From: Marsupella aquatica
Taxonomy: Eukaryota; Plantae; Marchantiophyta
DNA length: 64,000 nucleotides
Assembly: GCA_973895155.1 (NCBI GenBank)
Contig: OZ316891.1
Location: forward strand, 6,791,708 to 6,855,707
Direction of reading: 5' to 3'
Part shown: positions 13,310 through 26,607 of the stretch, one piece after another
Layout of the letters: every line of letters starts with the position of its first letter
Position numbering within the stretch: the first letter of the stretch is position 1
Notes under the pieces: generated by a model
The model's input: only the letters and a program-made list of their open reading frames with translations
The model's database searches: none
Told to the model about the DNA's origin: nothing
Position numbers and translations under genes: made by a program

Positions 13310-14320
13310 GCTTTTAGAGTTCCCAAGGGTCTATGGTGGGTTTTTATTGCATGACACTCACCTTTCACTTGAAGCGGGATGAGGTTTTGGTTTTTATGCT
13401 AACAATTGAGGGAAATCCCATGTAATCATGATCCAGTGCAGGACCATCACTGCTTCCTCAACTTTTGTCTAATGCATATGCATTGTGGGAACCCGGACAT
13501 CTAAAAGGTATATTTAAACATGTATGTTAGCAGGGTTTGATAAAGAGATTGTTCATAAACCTTGCCCTTCTTTGTTGTGCAAGAATATCTATATGCACAT
13601 GTTTGGGGGTCTACAACTTGAGAGAAGCTAATGGCTATCCAAACTTACTTTTTTGTTTCCAGTATTTTCCTCGTGCTTCTAGATTCAGCTCATGTTCAAT
13701 GAGCCACACGACCTACAGGCACTATTGAGTCCGGATCTCATTCAGGTAATTATTGTCCAACTTCATTCTGGGCTTAGGCCTTTAGAGTTTTCCCAGGGGT
13801 CTAGGGTGGGTTTTTATTGCATGACACTCACCTTTCACTCGAGGGGGGATAAGGGTTTAGGGTTTAGGGTTTTATGCTAACAATTGAGGGGAAAACCCAT
13901 GTAATCATGATACAACGCAGGGCCAACACTACTACCTCAACTTTTGTCTAATGCATATGCATTGTGGGAACCCGGGCACCTAAAAGGTATAACATCATGT
14001 ATACAGTCAATGTTGTTAGTACATATTTTTATGCTTGCCCTTCTTTGTTGTGCCATGATATATGTGGGTAAATGTCTAAGATTCCACAACTTGACGGCTG
14101 CTAATTACCATCCAAACTTACATTTGGTTTCCAGTATTTTCCTCCTACTTCTAGATTTGGCAAATGTTCCAAAAGCCACGTGACCTATAGGCACTGTTGA
14201 GCCCGGGTCTCATTCAGGTAATAATCTAACCTCACTTAGGACATAGGGTATTACAATTTTCCCAAAGGTTATAATGTGGTTTCTTCTTGCATGACACTCA
14301 CCTTAATTTGGGTTTCATGC
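13310..14320 (+). repeat. ~480-bp tandem duplication (2 copies plus a partial third) between the divergent CACTA genes; probably duplicated 5' UTR exons
   Basis: gggtttttattgcatgacactcacctt at ~13338, ~13808 and (variant) ~14278. Blocks of ttccag...ctcattcag|gtaat look like spliced non-coding exons. Confidence 0.75.
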
Positions 14321-14460
14321 TAACAAATATAAAAGGGTAATAAAACCCCATGTATAAACCAACCTAATTGTTTTTTGAGTTCATTTTTTTTAAAATCGCT
14401 TTATATATGGCCTAATTTTTCCTAATCATGCCCTACATGCAATGTAATGTGGCAGTGGAT

Positions 14461-15626
14461 ATGTCCTCTTCCTCTGAACTATCCAGTAGTGAGTACTCCT
14501 CCGATGACGATATACCCCCTCCTCCTCAGCCCGAGGTTACTGGTCCTCGTGGTCCACCCCGAAGACTTTGTGACTGCACCAGATGTGTGGGCCAAATTTC
14601 TCAAAAATCTTATGTGTGTGCTCAACATATTGAGAGATATGGACGTCATAGAGGTCTTACTCCCGGGGCTTCTTCATCCCATATGGTAAGTTTGTTTCAA
14701 TTGATTGCCGTTCTTTACTGTTATTTTTAGAGGTGAATCAATGTTTACACATATGGTTTACACATTTGGTTGTTTGTGGGTGTTTGCATGGAATAGGGAT
14801 CCAGTATGCGTAGATTGGTGACACCACCACCCTATGTCCCATCACAAGGAGTTTTAGATGCTATAGGCAATGCACTTTCACAAGCCTTGGGTTTGGGAAT
14901 TAGTACCAGTCATGGGACAGAAGGGGAACACCCTCATGTGCCCACTGAGACACGAAGACCCCGGTCCAGGCCCCAATCCAACAGGAGGCCACGAGCACCC
15001 AATGACCCATCCAGAACACTAGTTCAGGGTAGGTGGGGTGTTTGTTCATTCACTGGCAAGTGTGCCTCTATCATCAAGGATTGGGAACCTATCACTCTTG
15101 GCTTGCCTTATTTTACAGATTTTGATGAGGAGATTGTGGTTTGGGGTAGACGTTGGATTGTGAAAACTTCCACACTTGGAGAGAGACATGGATATGGAGT
15201 ATTTGCTTGTGAGGATATCATCATGGATGAGGAGGGTGGGTAAGTGTTCGTGGTAGAGAGGGTCCTACTTTGTTCCCATACGGTGGACCCATCTACAAGA
15301 GAAGACATTGGAACATGATCCTTGCACAACATCCTGAGTGGAAAACATATGCTCTAGAGATGGATACTTTTGATGGTAGCACTAGAAGGTATAGTGAGCA
15401 GCGGGTGATAGATGGTGATCCCATACGTAATGGGAATATTGCTGGTTTCATAAATAGTACTGTGGGGACTCGGCCCAAGCGTAGGGCCAATTGTGAGTGG
15501 GTTTTTACTGATGGTCCAATGCCGGCACCATATGGCACGACATATCATAAGGACCATTGCTTAGTTCTTGCTACTAGGACCATTAGAGCAGGAGATGAGT
15601 TATTCACACACTATGAGTGGGATTAG
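14461..15626 (+). CDS. CACTA-borne SET-domain protein: exon 14461-14685 (transposase-associated Cys/His motif) spliced to exon 14797-15626; one frameshift at ~15240
   Basis: SET motifs GYGVFACEDI, PYGGPIY, IDG...GNIAGFINS...ANCEWV, VLATRTIRAGDELFTHYEWD*. Phase-0 donor at 14686 and phase-0 acceptor at 14796. Confidence 0.8.
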
Positions 15627-18600
15627 GAAATCATGTCCTTTATCCTCTTGCACCTATTTTGGACTTCCCATTTACTATTATATATATGGCCTTTGGGCTC
15701 ATTTTGGAGTAATAAGGTTTTAGCCCATGCATTTACTTTAATTCTTAATGTCTTGAATGAATGGTGTTAAGTCTATTTTAATTTGTTGTACTTGGTCAAA
15801 TATACATGAGGAGGTTTTTTGGTTGTAATGTGCATAGAATGCGCAACCATCTCAACAAATGTTACCACGAAGGTTGAGAGCAACATATCGGGAGATGGGT
15901 ATGCCAGAAGAGGGAGAACCATCAGAGGGTGATTCCTCATCAAGTAATGATGTAGGTGGTGCTGATGAGGAAGCCGCACCTCGGACTGATGACCAGGTCA
16001 TGCATGATCAAGATCGAGCCATGGATGACTTCATGGTTGATTGGTTTGGTGCCGATGTTGAGGATGATGTGCCTCACATTGGTCATGAGGTTGGCCCTTC
16101 AAATGACCCACGGCCACAACATACTCCAGAGGGACAACAACAATGGAAAGAGGCAGAGGAACATGCTCGAACACCTATTTTTGAGGGTGCTCGGTTGAGC
16201 CGTCTTTCTGCCATATTGGGGCTCTTGAACATTCAAGCCAAACACAAGACAAGCAATTCTATGTTATCAGACATATTTGAATATTGTCATGACTTGATGT
16301 TACCCTCGGAGAATGTGTTGCCAGGGACCTGGAAGGATGCAAAGAAGGTTCTCTCATCCATTGGTATGGATTACCATATTATTCATGCCTGTGTGAATGA
16401 TTGCATGTTATTTCACGGGGATACAGCCCATATCACAGAATGCACAGTGTGTCATGAGCCACGGTATGAGCCAAACATGCTAACCCAGAAGGTACCAAGG
16501 AAAGCAGTTCGTTGGTTCCCCATAATTCCTCGCTTGTTGCACATGTATAGATGTTCTGACTTGGCTGAGTTGATGGTATGGCACAAGAAACATCGTTCGG
16601 AGCCCGGTGTCATGCGATTACCAGTTGACTCTCTTGCTCATAAACATGTGGAATCAACATGGCCAGATTTTGAGCGTGACCCTCGGCATGTGCGACTGGG
16701 GTTGGCATCAGATGGAGTTAGCCCTCATTCACTTGGAGGGAAGGGGAGACCTACATCGGTCTGGCCTGTGGTTCTCATGAATTACAACCTTCCACCATGG
16801 TTGTCCATGAAAAAGGGTTTTTTGTTGCTATCTTTGATTATCCCAGGGCCAAAGAAGGTGAAGAACATGGACACCTATTTGACATTACTGGTTCAGGAAC
16901 TCCAGAAATTATGGGAAGGAGTATGGGCATATGATGATCGAAAGACTACAAGGGGTACCCCACGGGTTTTCAAACTCAAAGGGGTTTGTATGTGGACCAT
17001 GCATGACTACCCAGGTAAGAACTTTGTTGTTTAAATGCATCATATTCTAATGCATGGTATCCCCTCATTTCCATGTGCTAATCCTAACATAATGTGTGTT
17101 TATATGACCAGGATTTGGCTTTGTGAGTGGGTTGCAAACCCAAGGCTACAAGGCTTGCTCCACTTGTGGCCCAAGCCTTGGTGATGTAGCCAAGTATTCA
17201 TCACATCTTCGCAAGATTGTTTATCTTGGGCATACAAAGTTTCTTCCAATGGGACATCAGATGAGGCGTGACCCACTACTATTTTCCTCTATTGATATGC
17301 CCTTTGGTGACGAGCGTGATGTACCTGAGCCAACAACTTTTACACACTGGAAAGACATGGCTGCAAGAGTGGCAGACCCAGAGGATCCCATGCAATTTGA
17401 CGGTAGTGGCTTGACAAGGTGGAGTATATTAACCACTTTGCCCTATTGGGGTGAGTTGAAGATCCGCCATCTATTAGACCCCATGCACATTGAGGGAAAT
17501 GTGGGAAAGGCTTTCTATGGAGAGAAAGATACTAACTTCAGGGAGGCTTGTGAGGATCTTGAGATGCATCTAGACGTGTGGGTCATAAGTGATCCTACAC
17601 AGGGATCGAGCATCGACCTTCAGCTCCATGGGTGCTTCCTATTGGCCAGAGAAGGGAGTTTCAGAATCGCATAGGAGACATGCGGTTTCCTACTGGTTAT
17701 GGTGCCAATCTCTGAAAGGCCTTTGGGATGGAGGACAATCATAAGTGGCCAAGGTATCTCAAGACACATGACTACCATAGGTTATTGCAGCACATATTGC
17801 CTGTGGCCATAATAGGTTTGGCAAGTGAAGAAGTGCAAGATGCCCTTTGGTCATTGGGAAAACTATTGAGATGGGTATGCTCTAAGGAGATATATACTGA
17901 TGAGATCCCTGGGATGGAGGTTTTGGCAGCAGAGGTGGTATGCAAGTTGGAGAAGGCCCTTCCTCCTTCCTTTTTTGACTGTCAAGTGCATTTACTTGTT
18001 CATCTTGTTCATGAGGTGGCCATTGCAGGTCCTGTGCATTGTCGGTGGATGTATTGGCTAGAACGATACATGGCAGTGTTAAAAGGTTATGTACGTAACC
18101 GTGCACGGGTTGAGGGAAGCATGGCTACAGGATACTTAGCAGCTGAGAGTATGTTCTATTGTAGTAACATATTGGCCACAATTGATTGTACCTCTGCCCG
18201 TACTTGGGTAGAGGAGAGGGAAGATGAAGAGGATCGTTTAACAGGTGCTAGGAAAACTCGCATGTTGACACCAGTGGAGGTGAAACAACTGACCACATTC
18301 ATGTTGAGTAACAACACTATCATGGAAGAATGGAGGGATTTCTATGAGGATGCCAAAAGTAACAGCACAAGACCAAGGATTTTTCCAAAGTACCTTGACT
18401 ATATGAAGGAGAAGTTAGTTGAGGTGGATGACATGGTGGTCAGGGGAGAGAGTGTATTACATTTTCCGGCTATCACAGATGATGTTCGTACCATTGTTCA
18501 TGGTCCCTTGAGAGTGGTTACAACAAGGACAGCAATGTGGACACAAGGAAGACATTTCAGGTGATCTCCATCTACCTTAGTAACCTTTGATTTGAATCAC

Positions 18601-19218
18601 TTGGTTTAATTTAATTCATTTGTAATACAAGCACGTATATTGAAGAGGCAGATTCTTGGTGTGTTCAATTAATTGGAATATGTTTGTGTCTATTTTTGTG
18701 TAACATATCCTTATGGTTTGATGGATTTTAGGATTTCTTCCCTTGATGAGAAGAGGGGTCGTACCTTTGATTGTGGAGTTCAAGGACAATTCTCTCAAGA
18801 TTCCCGCAGCAGTCGCCATGACACAAATATTATTCGAGATGTTGTGCCACATTATGGAAAGGTAGAAGAGATTCTAGTGATATCTTATGATGCACAATCA
18901 AAGTTTGAAGAGTATGTCTTCAAGTGCAAGTGGTTCAAAGTGAACCTTGCAGGTAACAATCCTAGTGTGGTTCAAGATGAGTGTGGATTTACACGACTGA
19001 AGACGTCTGCCACTAGTTTCCAGCCATCTCATTGGCAAACATCAGAGCCGTTCACTTTTCCAAGTCATGTGGAACAATGTTTCTATATTCCATACCCCCC
19101 AAACCCAGAGGAATGGTCACTTGTCATCACATATGTGCCACGGTCTCGTTCAATCGTTGGGGAAAAGCCTGATATTTTGGTTGTGTCCCAACCTGAAGAT
19201 GATGAGGACCAAGTTTGA
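14461..19218 (+). pseudogene. CACTA Tnp2/TNPD transposase. Exons 14461-14685, 15838-17014, 17112-18560, 18732-19218; disrupted
   Basis: Motifs IHACVNDCMLF, RHVRLGLASDG, SVWPVVLMNYNLPPW, WTMHDYPG, RHLLDPMHIEGNV, LKTHDYH, PPSFFDCQVHLLVHL, GPVHCRWMYWLERYM, FKCKWF. Frameshift at ~17600 and TGA at 17713-17715. Confidence 0.92.
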
Positions 19219-20019
19219 GGGGTCTGTGTTTGTGGATATATAGCTACACGGATATATAGTTAGATTTGATGATATGAAGATTTCTCTTCTCGGTAGAATG
19301 GAGAAATATGTGCTTCTCAATTATCAATAAACTTATGTTTTGTAAGTATATCATTTTCAAATGTTGTTTTCTATATCTCCCATCCCTACCCCACACTCAC
19401 CACACCTTTTGGTAGACTTTATGCAAAGAAAACTCATGTTGCTTGTAGTCCTCTATCCTCCATGCTTTCCTAATCCCCCCTAGTTGTTCTCCTTATTACT
19501 TGTACCCACCTCCCTCCTCCTTTCTTTCATTGTCTGTCCCTCTTATTAAACCCTCCTTCCTCCTTCCTCTCCTTGTCCCAACCCCTGGCTTTCTATTTCA
19601 ACCCTATACTTTCCTTACTTTCCACCCCTGTCCCCCACTCTTACCTATACAACCTAGCTTCTCTCCTCCCTCCTAAACCTATACCCTTAAACCTCCCTCA
19701 TTTCCTTGTCCCTCTCTAAACCAATACCCTCCCTCCTTTCCTTGTCCCTCTCTAAACCCTAAACTCCCTCCTTTTTATTTTCACTCCCTAAATCCAAACC
19801 CTCCCTAAAACTATATCTACATACCCTTCCTCCTCCCTCATTTCCTTGTGCCCCCTAAACCTGTATCCTCCCTCTTGGATCCCTCCGTTCCTTGTCCCTC
19901 CTAGCCCCATTCCCTTCCTCCTCCTTTTCATTGTCCCTCCCTAAAAGTTACATGTATCCACCCTCCTTTACCCTCCCTCCCCAATCCCATTCCTTTTCCA
20001 CCTCTTTGAAGCGCTCATA

Positions 20020-20572
20020 ATATTTTGCGAAACATCTTGCGAAACCCCTACACCCGCAAACTCATCGCTACATTTGCGATACTTAACTGCTCCCTAATTG
20101 CCATCATCCCCTCATCGCAAACTTCCGAAGATACCACCATCTCAAAGTTGCAAAACCAAAACATTCACAAAATGAGACCCTAGACAAGCACGGGATTTGC
20201 GAGCCTATTACTATCGCAAGTTAGCCATATATTCCACAAACATCGCTCATTTGCAAGACAATAAGACTCGCAAAATATTTTGAGATGCTTAAATATTCGC
20301 AACCATTTAGTTTTCCGGCGCATCTCAATGAATTTGCGAAGTGGTAAAGATCGCTAACTTGTTCAATGGTAGTTGCTTCGGAAATGTTTTGCGATACCTG
20401 AAGTGTCGTAAAATGTTGCGATGGTCTAAGTTTCGCAATTATGTGTTGCGATGTGTGTAGATTCGCTAAGTGCGATGCGTATCGGATCGCAAGTTTAGCG
20501 ATGAGATTAATCTTGCAAAGCTTTCTTCCTCTTGTAAAACGCCTTCGCAAAATTGGCAAATATGTAGTAGTG
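20020..20572. repeat. CACTA right subterminal repeat array and TIR
   Basis: tcgca/tgcga motif cluster ending in TAGTAGTG; preceded by a C/T-rich tract at ~19480-20005. Confidence 0.9.
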
Positions 20573-20867
20573 AATAGGGATTGAGAGTCAAATGAAAATA
20601 ATACAATCATGTGGATGTGTGTTTAATGTGATGCCATGACCTCTACCTTCATGTTGCCAATGAAGACCTCTCAAATGAATTAGAGAGGCCCTTAATTTGC
20701 CACATCTTGTAAGACCTACAGCAAAATGAAAACAAAACTGCCACAACATGATAAGGGTCAAAGTGGAAGCTCAACCTTGCTATACTGCTTCATGTCTACT
20801 GATGAAGGATGATACATGAAGGTAACTACATTTTCTTAGTTTAAATGTGCAGTTTTTTCCTAAACTG

Positions 20868-23800
20868 CTAGCAACAAGTTTCTTTTGGTTCCCTTCCCTG
20901 GAAAATTTTCAGAAGGACAAGAACTTTTTTTGATGTGATTGAACCTTTTTATTTAAACTATTCTATTCAGATTTGATTCTAGATATTAAATTATGTTCTA
21001 AAAATGATTTCCTTGAGATATCAAGAAAGTTCAGAATGTAATCAATCAAATGTGCCCCAATAATAGTTAAATACTTTCAAAACTTAAATTTGATAAAAAC
21101 TTTGCCCACCTGTGCTTCCTCAACAAGTCAATTATATTTGTTCCCTTTTCTAATCTGAGAAAAACACTGCAACTATATTGTGCCAACCATATGCATTTTC
21201 AGCCCCCTATTCACCCTACAACTCAAATTAAAACCAGAGGATAAAGATTGGGTACCATGGAAATTTCTATGCAAAACAAAATTATTATAGTCGTGAGTGG
21301 TGAATGGAAATTATTGTAGTCATCAGTGGTGAATGGAATTTGGGTTTCACCATAGGATTGTAGCGACCCAACATTGTTGATCATCCGCCAAGCGACCCAG
21401 CATTGTTGATCATCCGCCATGAACAACTGGGTTCTTACTTCCATATTGAACTTGCCTGTTAGTTTTTCTCTAAAGGCCAGTCACTAAGGACGCATCACTT
21501 TCACATAAAAGGAAAGTGTAATCAAACAACAACATAACCACTCTCATTTATATATTTAAAAATAATTCAATGTTGCATAGGCTTCTTTTGCCTTTGTACC
21601 ATCTTGACAAATTTTGTTTGCTCTTTGTGGCACTTTGTTTGGCCCTTTCTATGTAATATAATCTTAATGTTAACTTGTCACAAAAAATTTGCAACGTCCT
21701 CTGGGTTTATGACGTTGATATCCACTAATTGTCGGGTGGTTGGGTTTGGGTTTGATGGTTATGTTCTTTACTGAACATAAGGTAACCATAGGAAACCTTG
21801 TAAAAGAAGCCTTTCATGGTTATGTTCCATATGGTTATCTTATAAAATAAGTCAAACCAAAAACACATATAAAAAATCTCAATAAGACAAATTAAATAAC
21901 TTGAGTAGGCTCCAAAACAAAGTAACCATGCCCATTGAGATTTCTCATATGTGTTTTTGTTTTGAATTAGTTTAGACAATATGTATCCTTTGTATTTTTG
22001 GTCTTTCGTATTAACCTCCACTCTCTTAATCTTTTCATTAACTTTTCAAGAACCCCCTTCAAATCATTTATTTTTCAATCTTGCCGCTCATTTGTTAGTA
22101 TGTGTTGATTTATCCTTATATTCAAGTTATACTAAATTGATTATCATGCATTATACATACCCTACGCTATATATTCTCAAGAGACCCATTTGTGGCAAAG
22201 AGGACTAATTTTGTAAACTTACAATTGACTGTTGAGTGCTTGAAGATCAGTAGTCACATGTAGCTAAACTTCATCTCATTTATTTGGGTTAGTCCAATCC
22301 ATTTCCATTTATCTACGTGCTACATTTTCAAATTGAAATGGGACTACCACCGAGCCATCATGTGCAAATACATTAGTTATTATTGAAGTTTTGGGCCAGG
22401 CTACTAATTAAAATATTTTGGAGTTAAGGTAAAACCAGTGGAAGCCTGGATAGAACTTAAGAACCTTGGGTCTCTAATGGATGAAGCTCTGCTCACACTA
22501 ACAAGATTCAACAGAAATACGCGAGGAACTACAGAATGGGTCTATGGATGACATAAAGAGATGCAGAAAGTTTACTTGGGATGAATTTGATGGAGCTTTA
22601 CATGATCGAGTATGAGGCAAAAGCAGGCTGGAGGTTTAAGAGGCTACAAAGGCATTATTTTGATATAGATGGTTCTATGGGTATTCCTAAAGGTCTTCTA
22701 ATGTAATGTGTCCAGGTCATGTTCATGTAATTGGAACCTGTTGGACAAGAATTCTTAAAAACATCGAACCCAGTTGGAGTGGTGGTGGGGAAGACCATTC
22801 TTGCATTCATTGCATAGGATACCCTCCATTGCAAAAAAATACATTCAACATCCAACTTACAAAATGTGTAAAATATTCATATACCAAACTCAACATATGT
22901 GTAAGTAACAATGCGGAAGTTCTCCACATACTCAACACATAGTCTGACAAACCATTCCAACAACCCATAGCAAGTATTTATTGAGGGCAAAACTCAGTAG
23001 TTTCTCATGACATGAGAACACAAATGTAAAGTAAGATGTTTTTTGTCCAAAATTAAACCCTAATCCTCCATACCCCGTCCATTGAGATCACCAACACTCA
23101 GCAAAATCATATATATAGATCATCTACATCATAACCCAGGTCATCAAATGTCCGACTCAAATGGCCGGCCATTAGTAAAGGCCTCAAGATTTCCCAATGC
23201 TCACTTGTATCAACTAGGTCTCTCCAAGCAACACTAGTAGTTCTATAGAATGTGATCTCTTCACATGACGCACACCAAAGCAATCTTGGCCCAAATACAT
23301 GGGATACATGGAAGCAGGGATTGGGGAGTAGTGTTGTGAGGGCCCTCATTAGCAGAGAAGTAAAAGTCAGATGGATGGTGTATATAGTGTCTTATCCATG
23401 CAATGCCAAATGATATTACTCATGCCAGGAATGATGTAACCACCCAATGTAGAAACCAGAATAAGGTGGTTATACTTGTCATCTGAACAATCCAACAAAC
23501 ACCACAAATAAATAAACCCACTTTATTTATTGATTGAAGGCTAATAGGTTAGGGCTAAGCAAAAAATTTGGCTAACCCTAAACTATTTCCCTAGTAGCGA
23601 CAAGTTTCTTTTGGTTCCCTGGAAAATTTTAAGAAGGACAATAATTATTTTTTATGTGATTGAACCTTTTCATTAAAGTAGTTAAACTATTTTATTCAAA
23701 TTTGATTCTAGATATTAAATTATGTTCTAAAAATGATTTCCTTGAGATATCAAGAAAGTTCAGAATATAATCAATCAAATGTGCCCCAATGTTAGTTAAA

Positions 23801-24658
23801 TACTTTCAAAAACTTAAATTTGATAAAAACTTTGCCCACCTGTGCTTCCTCAACAAGTCAATTATATTTGTTCCCTTTTCTAATCTAAAAATATCACTGC
23901 AAGCATATTGTGTCAACCATATGCATCTTCAGTTCCCTACTCACCCTACAACTCAATTAAAACCAGAGGATAAAGATTGGGTACAAGTGGAAATTTCTAT
24001 CCCAGTGGGAAATTATTGTAGTCATCATTGGTGAATGGAATTTGGACCTCTTCCACCATAGGATTGACGTGACCCAGGATTGTTGATCATCCACCAAGAA
24101 CATACTGGGTTCTTACTTCCATATTGGACTTCCCAGTTACTTTTCCTCTAAGGGCCAGTCACAAAGGACACATCACTTTCACATAGAAGAAAAGTGTATT
24201 GTAATCAAACAAAAGCATAACCACTCTCATTATTAAATAAAATTAAATCAAAGTTGCACCTGCTTTCTATATACAATATATTCTGGTAGTCCTTACTCTC
24301 ACCAATAACCAATATGTGGGTCCAGGTCTTCAAGACCAGTTTAATTTGGTTTCATATGAACTTAATTAACTAACAAAATTCTTGCAATGTCCTCCGGGTT
24401 TATGACATTGATATCCAATACTGTCGGGTGGTTGGGTTTGGGTTTGATGGTGATGTTCTTTAATTAACATAAGGTAACCAAAACTAAGGAACCTTGTAAA
24501 ATAAGTCTTTCATGGTTATGTTCCTTATGGTTATCTTACAAAATAATTCAAAATAAAAACACAGACACAAAATCTCAATAGGACAAATTAGTAACTTCAG
24601 TAGGCTCCCAAACAAGGTAGCCATACCCATTGAGATTTCTTATATGTGTTTTTATTTC
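20868..24658 (+). repeat. ~1.08-kb diverged direct repeat pair (~20868-21963 and ~23595-24658) containing decayed coding-like sequence
   Basis: Both start caagtttcttttggttccc, share aaacttaaatttgataaaaactttgcccacctgtgcttcctcaac, and end cccattgagatttct.atatgtgttttt. Confidence 0.85.
23107..23349 (-). pseudogene. Possible F-box-like gene fragment
   Basis: TLLPNP...FGPRLL...RTTSVAWRDLVDTSEHW loosely resembles an F-box motif. Confidence 0.25.
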
Positions 24659-24867
24659 TAGGGCTTTCAAGCGTACGTATCAGGAGTTCAATTCATTTCA
24701 ACCCAACCTAAGGAGGGAGATGAGCCGCCAATAAAATCAGCGGCCAACACTTTGTCACATGTACTAAAGTTATTGAACCTAATGACACACCCTCAAACTT
24801 GGTCGAACACTCCTTTAAATCCTTGCAAGAGAGCAGTCGAAATAGACTTGGCAAGCAGCAGAAGTCA

Positions 24868-25770
24868 AAGCTGGTTAGGAGGCAGGAGGACCACCTCGGA
24901 GCATCCGATTTTTCATTTATCACTGAAACCTCCGTTCATGCTGGAACTTTACCAGGACATTGTCTACTACTTGAGGTACGTGCTGGCCGAGTTTGGTCCC
25001 ATTCCGCCCAGGAAATGTGGCTCCAGAAATTCCACGCTCCCTGTTGCCATCTCTTCAACATTGCTTGAGTTCCCTTATTGAATGATTGATTTCTGAGTAC
25101 TTCAAAGCAGTGATGTTCAACAGTTTCGACTCCTGTGATACTATCATCTTGTTAGGGACATGGTTGAGAGAACACAATGTAGTTGGACTTGTTTGCAGGT
25201 CTAGGAAGTACGAGCTGATCCAAGTAGTGGCAAAGGAGAGGATTCGAGGGTGGCTGGGAGGCAGGAGGACCACCTCGGAGCATCCGATTTTTCATTTCTC
25301 ACTGAAACCTCCGTTCATGCTGTAACTTTACCAGGACATTGTCTACTACTTGAGGTACGTGCTGGCCGAGTTTGGTCCCATTCCGCCCAAGGAATGTGGC
25401 TCCAGAAATTCCACGCTCCCTGCTCCCATTTCTTCAACATTGGTTCCCTTATTGAACGATTGATTTCTGAGTACTTCAAAGTAAGGAGATTTGACAGTTA
25501 CGACTCTTATGAACCACCATCTCGTTAGGGACCTGGCTAAGAGGAAAACATGCACTTGGACTTGGTTGCGGATCTGGTAAGGGAATGTGGCTCTAGAAAT
25601 TTTGCCATCTCTGGTTCCATCTCTCAAACCCTGCTTTCCTTAGTGAATATTAATTTTGTTTATGAGTAGTTCAAAGAAGGGACATTTGGCAGCCACGACT
25701 CTTATCATACCAGCATCTTGTGAGGGACCTGCATGGCTAAGAGAACAACATGTACTTGGACTTGTTATGT
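24868..25770 (+). repeat. ~380-bp tandem duplication (2 copies plus a partial third) of a decayed coding-like module
   Basis: ggaggcaggaggaccacctcggagcatccgatttttcattt at ~24878 and ~25257; atgtggctc.agaaatt at ~25016, ~25395 and ~25585. Confidence 0.85.
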
Positions 25771-25920
25771 AGATTGAAATATGCAACTAATTTGTACATG
25801 AATCTTGAATAGCTCATTGAATAGTAGTATTATTGTGTATTTTTGATGGTTTGTTAGTTCTGAGTTTATCCCAACTTTTTATGATTTCTAACAATTCATT
25901 TTGTTTATGGATGTGCAGAC

Positions 25921-26607
25921 ATGGCTCATCCTAAATAACCATGTAGAAAAGATAAGGGCGAGGTGAGACATTCAGCTGTGTTTGGACCACATGTTTTGAA
26001 GTTTTCACGCGAACAAATCTACCAAAAAGCAGCCCATTGTTGTGCCATTTGTGATGATGGTGGAGAGTTAGTCATTTGTGATGGACCATGCTTGAGGCAC
26101 TTTCATCTCAATGCACAATCTCTGCATGCAACAAAGAATAATTGTCCAGGGGTCGGCCTTCCCCCACCTTCTGGCCAACATGGGAAGTGGAAGTGCAAAG
26201 ACTGCATACATAAACATGCAAAGTGTGCCCAATGTGGAAAGTTGGGGAATTTGGAGGGTTCTCTTGACTCTCCACAATATGTTCGAAAATGTTCAGATAG
26301 ATTTTGTGTAAGGTTTTTTTGCGGTGCATGTTTGCCATCACACACCCCTATCTGCCCGTTACATACATGCAAGGCATGTGGTGAACATGATGACCTCAAT
26401 TGGACAGATATTGTCCATTGCATTCGATGCCCCACAACGTGGCATTTTTACTATTTGAAGGAATGTCAGGCAGAAGGATATGCTTGTGATCGAAAGATAT
26501 ATGATCATAGTGCCCATGGAGTTGACAGATGGTTCTTCTATTGTCATCTCCATCCCATTGATCCCACTTTGCAGACCCCTGTTCGTGATCATATTTCTTG
26601 GCTCTAA
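25921..26607 (+). CDS. EDM2-type tandem PHD-finger protein (PHD cluster only); in-frame TAA at 25936 after ATG 25921
   Basis: CAICDDGGELVICDGPCLRHFH...KWKCKDC...KCAQCGKLG...VRKCSDRFC...ICPLHTCKAC...CIRCPTTWH...FFYCHLHPIDPTLQTPVRDHI matches, from memory, the EDM2/NSD PHD array and the EDM2-like YC.xH.ID...TP.RDHI tail. Confidence 0.8.

Larger units (their letters stand above)
9691..20572 (+). mobile_element. Full-length CACTA (En/Spm) DNA transposon, 10,882 bp
   Basis: Starts CACTACAACA at 9691 and ends TGTAGTAGTG at 20572. The 3-bp TSD AAT is at 9688-9690 and 20573-20575. Dense TTCGCAA/TTGCGA subterminal repeats at both ends; encodes a Tnp2-type transposase. Confidence 0.95.

Noticed and set aside
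15240-15256. GTAAGT...TAG 17-nt micro-intron that would restore the SET frame
   Set aside because: Far below the plant minimum intron size; a 1-nt indel is more plausible.
20868-24658. Direct repeats as LTRs of a retrotransposon
   Set aside because: No TG...CA ends, PBS, PPT, TSD or gag/pol recognised.
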